64,000 bases of DNA from Candidatus Poribacteria bacterium (GTDB taxonomy: Bacteria; Poribacteria; WGA-4E; PCPOR2b), in contig OZ242351.1 in the NCBI GenBank assembly GCA_965208675.1, positions 4,828,039 through 4,892,038 of the forward strand. The letters are read 5' to 3'. The notes beneath the pieces are model-generated. The model was not told the DNA's origin. It was given only the letters and a program-made list of their open reading frames with translations, and did no database searches. Position 1 is the first letter of the stretch. Each line of letters starts with the position of its first letter. Position numbers and translations under genes: made by a program. This document shows positions 52,313-62,485 of the stretch, one piece after another.

Positions 52313-53578
52313 TCAATTTCCTTTCACGGCGGCGTTCTCCGATTCAAACGCTGAAATAAACCGCTGAACCGCGAGGAATACCGCCATGGATGCCGACGCG
52401 AGACGTTCGTCGTCATTAAGGCGAGCTGCATCGTCCGTGTTGGACAAAAATCCAATCTCGACTAGGATAGCGGGCATGTAAACACCTGAAAGGGTTACGA
52501 GCGGCATTTCCGATTGAGAGACCGGAGAAGCGGGAAAGATTGCAGTGAATTGGTCCTTTAGCACGGCTGCGAACTCGCGGCTCTGCAGCAGATAGTCGTC
52601 TTGCGTAAGGATTTTGATAGAGCCGCGCCCTGAATTGTGGTTAGGCGTCGGTAAAACGGTTTCTGACCTGAACTCCCCCATAAGATTGTTGATATAGATT
52701 CGGATTCCCGCGGCATTTGGTGAAAATGAGGCGTTACAGTGCAAGCTCAAAAAGAGCTGACCTCGATTTCGGTTTGCAATTCGAATACGCTCGATTGGTC
52801 TCCGCCCAACGTCCGATTCCCGTGTCAGTTGGATACGCATGCCGTTTTGCAGGCAGAGTGCGCGAATCCGCTTGGCGAGGTCGAGTACCACATTTTTTTC
52901 AAGCACACCTGAAGCTCCTTGACACCCTGTATCTGACCCGCCATGCCCTGGGTCAAGGACAAGAAGGAATTCTTCAAGTTCCACTGCTGACGGTGCAGTT
53001 GGAAAATTCATCGAGTGCGCCGACTTTTCTGTAATGTGTACCGTTTGGAGGGGAGCGTTATAGAAAACTTCAACGTTGAATAGTTTGGGGAGAAGTTCGG
53101 TGAAGAAGTCGAGCGGCAACATCCGCTTCCCCTCAATAATTCGAGGGGGATTGGAGAGCGTGATTGCGTCGTCATCGTCATCTGTCGTTACCGATGTCGT
53201 TACCGATGGATTGCCAATGCGTAAATGTATCAGTTGTCCCTTAAGGTTCAGAACAAGGGTTTGTGTTAGGGACGTATACTGTTGCTTCAAATTTGGGTCG
53301 AAAGCACTTCTCACGACTTCAACCGGAAGATATAGGCTTCCGTTGTGCATCTTCGACTGCACTTCAGCAACAGAATTGCCGCTCTCGTCAACGAAGCGTA
53401 TCAACGGCGTTTGCGCAGCACAGATGCCGGCGCAAATCAAGAACGCGATTAGCCGCAGGCAGGCTATGTCACTCGTCCGTGTCTTCGCCGCGTTTCCGGG
53501 TGATGAGTTCCGGTTCTTCAATGGCAGCTTCTTCCACATCGCCTTCAATTTCCTCTTCTGGTTCTGCTTCCGCCTCAA
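52313..53578 (-). CDS. N-acetylmuramoyl-L-alanine amidase (Amidase_3); start uncertain
   Basis: LDPGHGG, EK.VVL, LTRESD, FLSLHCNAS, PAILVEIGFLSN. Signal-like segment near 53400-53460. Confidence 0.85.
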   Translation of the reverse strand: MRRKQNQKRKLKAMWKKLPLKNRNSSPGNAAKTRTSDIACLRLIAFLICAGICAAQTPLIRFVDESGNSVAEVQSKMHNGSLYLPVEVVRSAFDPNLKQQYTSLTQTLVLNLKGQLIHLRIGNPSVTTSVTTDDDDDAITLSNPPRIIEGKRMLPLDFFTELLPKLFNVEVFYNAPLQTVHITEKSAHSMNFPTAPSAVELEEFLLVLDPGHGGSDTGCQGASGVLEKNVVLDLAKRIRALCLQNGMRIQLTRESDVGRRPIERIRIANRNRGQLFLSLHCNASFSPNAAGIRIYINNLMGEFRSETVLPTPNHNSGRGSIKILTQDDYLLQSREFAAVLKDQFTAIFPASPVSQSEMPLVTLSGVYMPAILVEIGFLSNTDDAARLNDDERLASASMAVFLAVQRFISAFESENAAVKGN

Positions 53579-54131
53579 CTCTAGGCCGATTAAGGAGAAC
53601 TACTATGGTTTGAAGGTCATCTAACACTTCAACGGTTTCATCAAGAGACATATCTTCAATCCGAATAAAATCATCAATATCCAATCCGCTCACGTCCACT
53701 TCAATGGTGTCAGGGAGAAGTGTTGGCAGACAACGGACATGAAGCTGCCGATGGGCAAACTCAACGATACCACCTGATTGGAGGCCGATAGCCGATCCGA
53801 CTAGAACGATAGGGACTGCCGAAGTTACCGGTTCATCAAGTGAAATGCGGATAAAATCGGTATGAAGCAAGTTCTGTTTAACGGGATCTCGTTGGATTTC
53901 TCTAATCATTATGGTTTCGTGACCGTGATCGGTGATTTCCAAATCAATTAACACATTCTCTCCATTTGATTGAAGAAACCGTTGAAAGGTCCGCGTGTCA
54001 AGCTGGAGCGGGATAACATCCTCGTGACGCCCGTACAAAATTGCCGGCATTGCCCCATTTCGCCGTAGGGCTTTCCCCGCGCTTTTTCCAAAATCACTGC
54101 GCTTTTGCGCTTCAAGTTTGGCTAACCGCAT
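53469..54131 (-). CDS. rplY: 50S ribosomal protein L25 / general stress protein Ctc
   Basis: GKSAGKALRRNGAMPAILYG, EIQRDPV, HTDF, acidic tail. Confidence 0.95.
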   Translation of the reverse strand: MRLAKLEAQKRSDFGKSAGKALRRNGAMPAILYGRHEDVIPLQLDTRTFQRFLQSNGENVLIDLEITDHGHETIMIREIQRDPVKQNLLHTDFIRISLDEPVTSAVPIVLVGSAIGLQSGGIVEFAHRQLHVRCLPTLLPDTIEVDVSGLDIDDFIRIEDMSLDETVEVLDDLQTIVVLLNRPRVEAEAEPEEEIEGDVEEAAIEEPELITRKRGEDTDE

Positions 54132-54372
54132 AATAATCTCCTAATTCTGAGATGCAATATCTGGCTTAATCACCTGAATTTCTCTTCGAAATTTTTCCGA
54201 TTAAAATAATAAACCGTAGCTTTTGTACCCCTAGCTACGGTTTTTGACTAAACTCATGCCGTTACGAAAGAGGACTGTGGGCTGGAACGGCGATTTTTCC
54301 GCTCAAGATAGGATTCTAATACCGCGTGCCCACTGATTTTTTCTCCACTGCTTCGAAAATTGCTCGAAAAAG

Positions 54373-54444
54373 CTGGGCGGGTAGGATTCGAACCTACGAA
54401 TACGGGTTCCAAAGACCCGTGCCTTACCGCTTGGCCACCGCCCA
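54373..54444 (-). tRNA. tRNA-Gln (TTG), CCA not encoded
   Basis: Reverse complement TGGGCGGTGGCCAAGCGGTAAGGCACGGGTCTTTGGAACCCG...GGTTCGAATCCTACCCGCCCAG; abuts the ispE stop. Confidence 0.95.
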
Positions 54445-55329
54445 TCAATCAAGACTCAGCCCAACCGGACTTGCAGATGTTACAACCCGAAATGCTGCCG
54501 GGGCTCCGATAATTGAGACAGCCGCGTTGGCTTGTTGTTGGTTTTCCACGAGTGCAAATACGGTTGCGCCGCTGCCTGACATCAATGCGCCGAAACTTCC
54601 GGGGCATGCTGCGAGTTGCGTTTTTAACTTGGCAACCGACGGGTATTTTGAATTAACCGTCGGTTCTAGCCTGTTATAAAGCTGTGCGGCTACCGATTCA
54701 AGCTCGCCGTTTTGCAAATGGCAAACTAAAATTCTAACACTTTTCGGCGATTTCGTCAACGGAAAATTGATATTGTCATATGCCCAGGCAGTAGGTACTC
54801 CGAATCCAGGATTGGCTAGCACAATCGAAGCATTGTCTAGAGGCGGCAAAGGCGTCAGAACCTCTCCTATTCCACGTCCGATGGCTGAGCCTCCCAATAG
54901 GCAAAATGGTACGTCGGCTCCGATGCGCGCACTTAAACACATCAACTCCGGTTGTGTCAGATTCAAATCAAACAGTTGATTCATGCCCCAGAGTACCGCG
55001 GCTGCGTTGGCGCTTCCACCGCCGAGTCCGCTCGCCACCGGTATCCTTTTCCGAATATGAATCTCGACGCCGGGAATATCCGGGCGTAGGTCGGTTAGTA
55101 ACTTTGCGGCACGATAGGCGAGGTTGCGCGCATCAGTCGGCACTCGCGGGTTATCGCAGTGTACCGTAATCGTCCCATGGCTGCGCTGACGAAGTTTCAC
55201 GTCGTCGTGCAGCGCGATTGAGTGAAAAACGGTTTCTATTTCGTGATACCCATCGGGGCGTTTGCTTATTACATCAAGGTATAGGTTAATTTTGGCGTGT
55301 GCATGTATGCGAATTTCAGGGTTAGCCAC
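54445..55329 (-). CDS. ispE: 4-diphosphocytidyl-2-C-methyl-D-erythritol kinase
   Basis: AKINLYL, DGYHEI, KRIPVASGLGGGSANAA, GADVPF, MSGSGATVF. Confidence 0.96.
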   Translation of the reverse strand: MANPEIRIHAHAKINLYLDVISKRPDGYHEIETVFHSIALHDDVKLRQRSHGTITVHCDNPRVPTDARNLAYRAAKLLTDLRPDIPGVEIHIRKRIPVASGLGGGSANAAAVLWGMNQLFDLNLTQPELMCLSARIGADVPFCLLGGSAIGRGIGEVLTPLPPLDNASIVLANPGFGVPTAWAYDNINFPLTKSPKSVRILVCHLQNGELESVAAQLYNRLEPTVNSKYPSVAKLKTQLAACPGSFGALMSGSGATVFALVENQQQANAAVSIIGAPAAFRVVTSASPVGLSLD

Positions 55330-56201
55330 TATTCACTCAAGGCACGAACTTTTGTGTTTTCATCCAAGAAACGGTCATATTCAAACTTCGTGCCGCTAAT
55401 CTCCGAATTGATTTCCGGTTTGATAACATTAAGCACGACGCGCGTCTTTTCATTCGGGCGTTCAACTTCGACTTTGTGCGGGCGCATAATCCCGCCGACA
55501 TCCCGATAGTCCGAGAACTTGGTTTTTTGAATAACTTTCCCCGATTCATTCACGATGTTCCAATCTTGCACTGCCGGATGTGAATCTCGTATATAAATTG
55601 TGATGATTTCAATATGTCCGGCTTTCGCACCCGGCCGCCTTACTACATATTTCGCGCCGGAATGCGCGAGGGATAATTCCGTTGTGGAGCCGTCGAGGAA
55701 AGGGTTGGCGAAAATTGTATTACGAATGTCGGAGACGCGCAAATCCATCCCAAAAATTTCCTGGAGCACTCCATCAGCCAAAGGCCCAATAACGACCTCA
55801 TTTTCATTATGGTATCGCAGGAAAAACGTCTCACGTGCGGCAATCGCAATCACGCGGGGTTCGTTATACGGCCCCATGGCTTGAATGTGCAGCAAATCTC
55901 CATCTGTCTCCGATTTCTTGTACCAGAGGTATTCTCGGATTTCCTCCTTTTGCCCACCTTCCTCGATTGTTACTTTCATCGCCATTTGCAAGGTAGAAAT
56001 GAGATCGTACTTTACCCTCAATGCATCGAGGATCGGTGTCAGCTTATCTTTATCTAAAGGGGACAACTGAAATTTTGCATTTGGGCTGCTGCAGCCTCCG
56101 ACGGGAAGGATGCAGAGTAAAACCAGCGAGACAATGAAAGGTACGATTAACAACACACGGAAGTTTAAACGCATTACGCAATTCGTAAGCCGTGAACTCA
56201 A
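55329..56201 (-). CDS. Lipoprotein with predicted LolA/LolB-like fold (DUF4292-like)
   Basis: Lipobox VGGC, beta-rich body, C-terminal FSDYRDVGG..RP.KV....EINSEI...KF pattern; 1-bp overlap with ispE. Confidence 0.55.
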   Translation of the reverse strand: MSSRLTNCVMRLNFRVLLIVPFIVSLVLLCILPVGGCSSPNAKFQLSPLDKDKLTPILDALRVKYDLISTLQMAMKVTIEEGGQKEEIREYLWYKKSETDGDLLHIQAMGPYNEPRVIAIAARETFFLRYHNENEVVIGPLADGVLQEIFGMDLRVSDIRNTIFANPFLDGSTTELSLAHSGAKYVVRRPGAKAGHIEIITIYIRDSHPAVQDWNIVNESGKVIQKTKFSDYRDVGGIMRPHKVEVERPNEKTRVVLNVIKPEINSEISGTKFEYDRFLDENTKVRALSE

Positions 56202-56442
56202 TTTAGCGCTTTCGCTCCTGTGCTCTGGTTAGTTGCATACGGGGCAAGGAAGATCTCTATCGTGCGGGATTTGCTATCGCCTTCGCTATACGTTCAATTG
56301 ATCCTATTCAATCGCTTGATTCCCGCCTACGGAAGGTATTGGGGTGCCATACACCTGCCGCCCCTCTAGGGCTGCATAAATTGAATTTTCTAACAGGTTC
56401 TCATTAGTATTTCGACTGTGCAGCAAAACCGCTAAGGCCAAC

Positions 56443-57633
56443 TTAAATGGTCGCGGCGAGCGATTTTTCGACAATGGAAACCGCTTCGTCAACGTGTGCT
56501 CTGTTAATGTTAATCGGCGGCAGAAAACGGAGGACATTATTGTTTGTGCAGATTGTGATTAAGCCGTTTTCAATACATTTGGCGGCAAGCGCGGCCGCAT
56601 CAACCGACATCACCAATCCAAGCAACAAGCCTCTTCCTCGAACTTCTTGAATAGGATACTTCGCTTTAAGCCGCATCAACTGATCGGTCAAATACGCGCC
56701 CATATCGACTGCATTGTCCCCCAGTTTCTCACCAATAACGGTTTTTAGCGTTGCATATGCGGCGGCGCTTGCTAATGGATTTCCGCCAAAGGTTGCAGCG
56801 TGTGTGCCGGGTGAAAAGCTCTCAGCGATGTATTTTGTTGTAAGCATGGCACCGATGGCAACACCGCCGCCGAGGAATTTTGCCATCGTAATAATGTCCG
56901 GAGTCACACCATAACTCTGATATCCAAACAGTGTCCCCAAACGTCCCATAGCTGTTTGGACTTCGTCGAAGACTAGCAGTAGATTATAGGTGTCACATAA
57001 TTCGCGTAAACCTAGAAGGTATCCCTCACTTGGGACGTTCACGCCGCCTTCCGACTGGATGGGTTCCACCAATATGGCGCATGTTTTTCCACTAATTGCA
57101 GCTTCAGTTGCGCCGAGATCGTCATACGGTACATATTTAAAACCTTCGAGCATGGGTTCAAATCCGGCGTGGTATCTCGTCTGCGCAGTTGCAGTAACGG
57201 TCGCCATAGTCCGCCCATGGAACGAATTCTCCATGGTGATGATTTCGTATGCATCAGTCCGCGCCTGATCTTTCGCGTGCTTCCGCGCCAATTTAATAGC
57301 GGCTTCGTTTGCCTCCGCGCCGCTGTTGCAAAAAAAGCACTGGTGCATATCGCAGTTGTCGATTAGCAGCTTCGCCAACTGAACCTGCGGTTCGATATAG
57401 TAAAGATTAGAGACGTGAATCAGGGTACCGGCTTGTTCACGAATCGCAGCAACGACCTCCGGATGGCAGTGCCCTAAACCGTTGACGGCTAATCCACCCA
57501 GGAAATCGAGATATTTTACGCCATCCGCATCCCAAACGTAGGGCCCCTCCCCTTTTACAAAAGCGAGTTTGCGTTCGCCGTAAGTGTTAATTACGTACTC
57601 CGTTGCCATCGCTTTAATTTCAGCGTTTGTCAT
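56443..57633 (-). CDS. argD: Acetylornithine aminotransferase
   Basis: YLDFLGGLAVN.LGH, CNSGAEANEAA, SFHGRT, EPIQSEGG, DEVQT, HAATFGGNP. Confidence 0.92.
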   Translation of the reverse strand: MTNAEIKAMATEYVINTYGERKLAFVKGEGPYVWDADGVKYLDFLGGLAVNGLGHCHPEVVAAIREQAGTLIHVSNLYYIEPQVQLAKLLIDNCDMHQCFFCNSGAEANEAAIKLARKHAKDQARTDAYEIITMENSFHGRTMATVTATAQTRYHAGFEPMLEGFKYVPYDDLGATEAAISGKTCAILVEPIQSEGGVNVPSEGYLLGLRELCDTYNLLLVFDEVQTAMGRLGTLFGYQSYGVTPDIITMAKFLGGGVAIGAMLTTKYIAESFSPGTHAATFGGNPLASAAAYATLKTVIGEKLGDNAVDMGAYLTDQLMRLKAKYPIQEVRGRGLLLGLVMSVDAAALAAKCIENGLITICTNNNVLRFLPPININRAHVDEAVSIVEKSLAATI

Positions 57634-57808
57634 TTAAATTTGTTCCTTCCTCAGGTTTGCATGTGGTGATAGTTATTAAGGCTTCGCACAGATAATTGAC
57701 GAGTTATTCGTTCAAATTCCTTGGTTTGTTCTCGACGCATTTTCGGGACCCGTCATGACGACAAGCAAAAGGAACTTCTAAATCTTTTTTTTTGTGCGAT
57801 ATTGTCGA

Positions 57809-58273
57809 TCATAACCCTTCTGCTTGGCATTCAAAACAGTATCCCAAAATTTCATTTCTGTATTTAATGGGTTTAAATGCATACGCCTTGCAAACTGATT
57901 CTTGAAGCCTGTCAATATCGACGTTTTTAAACTCGATTAGTTTCCCACACCGCAGGCAGATTAGGTGGGCATGTTGTTGTTGAAGAGAATTGATGTGTTC
58001 ATAGTGAGATTGCTTTTGCGCATCAATAACTTCAGTCAGAAGACCGCTTTTTACAAGCAGGGGCAGCGTCCGATAGATTGTAGCCCTAGAAACCTGATAT
58101 CCGTTTTGGCGCATGCGAACCAATAGATCTTCTGCGCGAAAGTGGTCGTCGTATGCAAAGACTTGTTCAAGAATCGCTAGCCGTTCAGACGTGAGTTTTA
58201 GAGTGTTGCTTTTTAGATATTTTTTGAACTGTTCGATGCTTTGCGGCGGAACCTCTTGTGAGCCTTTCCGCAT
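57809..58273 (-). CDS. Fur-family transcriptional regulator
   Basis: KLTSER..IL, SRATIYRTL, HAHLICLRCG, GYCFEC. Start placed at MRKGSQ after an AAGGAG RBS. Confidence 0.88.
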   Translation of the reverse strand: MRKGSQEVPPQSIEQFKKYLKSNTLKLTSERLAILEQVFAYDDHFRAEDLLVRMRQNGYQVSRATIYRTLPLLVKSGLLTEVIDAQKQSHYEHINSLQQQHAHLICLRCGKLIEFKNVDIDRLQESVCKAYAFKPIKYRNEILGYCFECQAEGL

Positions 58274-58368
58274 AATGGCATACTCCTTATTGCTTATGAA
58301 TGGGGGGATTTCTCTTTTCGCGCCCGGCGTTTCGTATTGGGTTGGACAATTCGCATGACACGCCATTC

Positions 58369-59535
58369 CTAGGGATTTATAGGCAACTGATCACTACAAG
58401 ATTGGCGATGAAACACCTCTTGTGCTGCAGCAACGCCGGCGCCGAGTTGGACAGCTTGCCCAATCTCCGACAATCCTCTCTCTAGCGCCGCAATTGCCAG
58501 GACGATATCGTTTTCCCCCATCCATCCGAGGTGAGCGATTCGGATGATATTCCCGCGCAGTTTTCCCTGTCCACCGGCGATAGTAATCCCGTGTTTTTCT
58601 CGCATCATTCTCACAAACCGCGTTCCGTCGACTTGTTTGGGAAGCCGAATAGAGGTCAAGGTGTTCGCCGGGTTTGACGCGAAGAGTTGCAGACCCATTG
58701 ATTTTGCAGCGCTTCGCGCGGCTTTAGCGAGCCGTGCATGGCGCGCGAGGACATTCCGTATTCCCTCAGTACAAATCCGATTTAAGGCGAGTTGCAGCGC
58801 GGCGATGAAAGTAATCGCCGGCGTGTATGGCGCCGAGCCGTCCCAGCCTGCCTGTTGTGCCTTGCGGAGGTCGAAATAGTATTTGGGAAGTGATGCGTTT
58901 TCCGAGGCTTGCCAAGCCGCTTGGTTCAGTGCGGCAAATGCAAGTCCGGGCGGCGTCATTAGTCCCTTATGGGAGCATGAGACAACGACATCAACCCCCC
59001 AACTGTCCATCTGCAGATCATCGGCGCCTAGCGCGCTGACGGCATCAACCACGAGTAACGTTGGCCTGTGCTTGGTAATCTCTCCCAAACTCTTGATGTC
59101 GTGCAACGCACCAGTTGAGGTTTCACAGAGGGTTGAGAATACCGCCTTAATGCCTGCGTGTTCATCTAACAGGTCGGCGACCATCTGCGGTTCGACTGAT
59201 TCACCCCACTCAAGATCGATAGGAACGAACTCGACTCCAAACGCCGAACAGATTTCACCCCACCGCTCGCCGAATTTTCCGCTTCGGATGACAATCACCC
59301 GATCGCCGCACGACAGAATATTCGCCACCACACTTTCCATTGCGCCGGTGCCGGATGAAGTCAAAATTAGGACGTCATTCCGGGTTTGAAACACGAGTTT
59401 GAGTTTTTCAGAAACGTCCTTAATCTGCAATGCAGCTTCCGCCGATCTATGGTAATCTATCTGGTTCGCCATTGATAGCAACGATTCCGGAGGGATGGGC
59501 GTGGGACCCGGGGTGAATAGAAAGTGTTTTTTCAT
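58369..59535 (-). CDS. Class V aminotransferase (serine-pyruvate/alanine-glyoxylate type)
   Basis: LFTPGPTP, SSGTGAME, ETSTG, VDAVS, SHKGLMTPPG, RIAHLG. Confidence 0.88.
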   Translation of the reverse strand: MKKHFLFTPGPTPIPPESLLSMANQIDYHRSAEAALQIKDVSEKLKLVFQTRNDVLILTSSGTGAMESVVANILSCGDRVIVIRSGKFGERWGEICSAFGVEFVPIDLEWGESVEPQMVADLLDEHAGIKAVFSTLCETSTGALHDIKSLGEITKHRPTLLVVDAVSALGADDLQMDSWGVDVVVSCSHKGLMTPPGLAFAALNQAAWQASENASLPKYYFDLRKAQQAGWDGSAPYTPAITFIAALQLALNRICTEGIRNVLARHARLAKAARSAAKSMGLQLFASNPANTLTSIRLPKQVDGTRFVRMMREKHGITIAGGQGKLRGNIIRIAHLGWMGENDIVLAIAALERGLSEIGQAVQLGAGVAAAQEVFHRQSCSDQLPINP

Positions 59536-59698
59536 TTCACTCCAATGTATTTTTGTTTATGGAATTGCAATTAGAAATCACCAAAAAATACAGACTACGG
59601 CAGCCGATCTTATCTGCCTTGTGCCTTATTTAATGCGAATAGGTTTACACGATACGAGTTTATGCCGAGTGTTGACAAGGCTAGTGAGTGAGGCACTA

Positions 59699-60223
59699 TC
59701 ATCTCGCAAAATTTTTATGAACGTCCTGAGTATTGCGCTCTAGTGCAAGCAATTGACGTTTGCAGATTAACCCGCGGGCAAATCCGCCAAGTTCCCCATC
59801 GCTGCGGACGACACGATGGCAAGGAACAATGATTGACAGGGGGTTAGCTCCCATTGCTTGGCCGACGGCTCTAGCCGCTTTCGGCTTTCCGATTTCCCGT
59901 GCAATCCAACCATAACTTTGAACCGTTCCGTAGGGAATCTGACGGGCTTTCCGCCATGCGTCGATTTGGAATTTGGTTCCCGCGCTCAAGTCTAAATCAA
60001 GGTTGAAATTCACGTGCATGCCGTTAAAATACCGGGTGAGCAGGTTTACAGCTTCGGATAACCCCGAGGGCGATGCGACTGCCTGCATTTCATTAAGCAG
60101 CAGCCCTTCGGCTTCGGCTTCCGATGATGCGCCAAACATGATTCGCGCGATGCCTTGATATGAACCTGCGACGACGACCCATCCGAACGGAGATTTAAAA
60201 CAGGTGTAATTGAATTTTGTCAT
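59699..60223 (-). CDS. ogt: Methylated-DNA--protein-cysteine methyltransferase
   Basis: IPYG, AARAVG, NP.SIIVPCHRV active-site motif. Confidence 0.93.
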   Translation of the reverse strand: MTKFNYTCFKSPFGWVVVAGSYQGIARIMFGASSEAEAEGLLLNEMQAVASPSGLSEAVNLLTRYFNGMHVNFNLDLDLSAGTKFQIDAWRKARQIPYGTVQSYGWIAREIGKPKAARAVGQAMGANPLSIIVPCHRVVRSDGELGGFARGLICKRQLLALERNTQDVHKNFAR

Positions 60224-60312
60224 GATGAATGCAGTTGGTAAGCCATCTTTGGCGGCGAGCGGCGGTTACTACTCACTTTTTAACCACACACAACCGCGTA
60301 AATGAAATGGCT

Positions 60313-61413
60313 TTATGGATGTTTCCCAATAACGCTTTCAATTTTCACATGGCGGCCAGTTGCGTTGGACTCATAAGCAGCGTCGAGAATTCGCAAAACG
60401 CGCAGCATGTCGCTGCCAGAAATTCTCGGATCCGAATCGCTTTGGATTGCACATAAAAATTCCTGAACAAATTGCACGCCGTGTGCGCCGCCATAAGCAT
60501 CGGAGTGGGGGAGCTCGTATCGGAACGTCCGATGGTGAGCGGTTTCCCACGCCGGAACGGCGCTCTCGGCGGAAAAGGAGGGTGCACCCGCCTGCGTCGG
60601 GTCCCAAACGATATTACCCGCTGTGCCGCGGATAGCAATGTAGGTATCGTACGAAGGTCCCAAGTAACCCTGTCCGCTGAACGGTAACATATAGCCTGCC
60701 TGGAAGGTCCCAATCGCCCCGCTTTCAAAACGGAGGGTGAGCGATGCCGAATCTTCAACATCAATGGCTTCACCGCTGCGCGTGGCTAGGGCGGCGCTGA
60801 CTTCCGTAATTTCTTCTCTCATGAAGTAGCAGATTAAGTCTAGGTAGTGGCAACCAAGCCACGAGAGTATGCCGCCTCCGGCAAGCTCTTTTTTGAACAG
60901 CCAATGCCCCGGGTTGCGATGCTTTACCTGAGATGTAACCATTCGAATCTCAACGCCCATCGGCTGCCCCAAGATACCTTCCCCAACAAGTTTATGGATC
61001 TCCTGCGAGACTGGGTGATAACGGTTTTGGAAACACACCGTCAATTTGACGCCCGCCTTCTCTACAGCTTGCAGTGCCGGTTCAAGTTCTTTACCACACC
61101 GGGCGATAGGCTTTTCGGCGATAATATGTTTACCGGCTTCGGCTGCACGGACGAGGGCATCGGGTGCTTCGTCATTTCGAAGACAGACGAATGCCACCGG
61201 CACATCATCCCGTTCTAGCAGTGCATCAAGATTGGTATAACACTTTTCGACTTTCTTGCCTTCCGGGTTCTCCTTAAATTTCTGCAACGCGTTCACGTCT
61301 GAATCATAGATTGGAACGTTGGCGATGGCGTCAATCCAGTTAAATGTCTTCAGATGTGCGGTTGAGTGCGGGTGCGTGACGCCGATCAAGGCGATGTTTG
61401 TTGATTCACCCAT
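60313..61413 (-). CDS. Gfo/Idh/MocA family oxidoreductase
   Basis: AGKHIIAEKP, GGGILSWLGCHYLD, VEDSA, AAYES. Confidence 0.85.
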   Translation of the reverse strand: MGESTNIALIGVTHPHSTAHLKTFNWIDAIANVPIYDSDVNALQKFKENPEGKKVEKCYTNLDALLERDDVPVAFVCLRNDEAPDALVRAAEAGKHIIAEKPIARCGKELEPALQAVEKAGVKLTVCFQNRYHPVSQEIHKLVGEGILGQPMGVEIRMVTSQVKHRNPGHWLFKKELAGGGILSWLGCHYLDLICYFMREEITEVSAALATRSGEAIDVEDSASLTLRFESGAIGTFQAGYMLPFSGQGYLGPSYDTYIAIRGTAGNIVWDPTQAGAPSFSAESAVPAWETAHHRTFRYELPHSDAYGGAHGVQFVQEFLCAIQSDSDPRISGSDMLRVLRILDAAYESNATGRHVKIESVIGKHP

Positions 61414-61463
61414 AATGATATGGTTCCTTCAAGCGTGGTGTATTCAGCATGTGTATGCCGTCG

Positions 61464-61880
61464 TTAACGATTTAGCTGTCCGACTATCTGCTGCTTGTAA
61501 GCCGCCGCAATGGTGTTTAATATGCGGTCAGGTACAAATTCCAACTGCGATTTTAACTCCGACTCGACGTTAATCATCATGCTGTAATCGAACGTTTCGC
61601 GTTCAGCGCATGGATCGAACGACTCTCCATGTGTGTCGAGCATTTCAGCTAGTTTCGCGGGTGTCAGGCCTTCCGATATTCCGTAACGCTCCCATGCGGT
61701 ACCGCGATACCCGTCGTCGTAATCTGTACCGAGATGTTTGCGCAATATTGTTTCACGCGCGGCACCCTGCGCTTCACAGTTTGCAATCTCGTCCATTGCT
61801 GCAATGGCGCGTGAATCCAACTCAATCTGAAAGGCCGTCGATGCGTCTGACGCGGCGGTTGGACATATTCTATACGGCAT
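61464..61880 (-). CDS. Hypothetical protein
   Basis: 138-aa acidic ORF co-oriented with its neighbours; no recognised motif. Confidence 0.5.
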   Translation of the reverse strand: MPYRICPTAASDASTAFQIELDSRAIAAMDEIANCEAQGAARETILRKHLGTDYDDGYRGTAWERYGISEGLTPAKLAEMLDTHGESFDPCAERETFDYSMMINVESELKSQLEFVPDRILNTIAAAYKQQIVGQLNR

Positions 61881-62485
61881 TGTTTCTACGGCTGGAGCTT
61901 TTCCGGGGTTTTAGTTCAGGAATTACGGTGACTACTGTACACGCGCCGCCCCTCTGGGGCTATTGATGTAGTGAAAATCGATGTTTGTATTATACTGAAA
62001 AAACTATCTTCGATTTGATGATGGAAGATCCCGTCTGGGGGTTGCGGAAATTCCGAATTGTACCGTAAAGAACTGCGGTACAAAGTCCATTATGGCAGCG
62101 GTTCAAACAAATGCTTTGATGGAACTTAGCCGTCTAGCCAGTAGATTCTAACCGGTAATTTTGCCCTTGCAACGGACGCCAATGTTTGCTAAACTTCAAC
62201 CAACTTCAGGAAGGACGCCATTCCATCCCCGGAAAATGTGTGGTTATGCGACACGCCATCATCAGCGCCACGGGATGGACAATTCTTTTAAGGAACAAGG
62301 GAAATAGAGAAACTGAAAGAAAATAAGGGATTGAATTTTATTGATTTCAGAATTCGTTTGCACACACCTGACCGGCTTCCACCGTGCACCGCTGATTTAT
62401 CTATATGTTATCACGCGCTGATCAGGATGTCAATGTATAACAGCCGCTTGCTCAATTCTGTGGTAAATCGCACTTCCGCTTAGTA

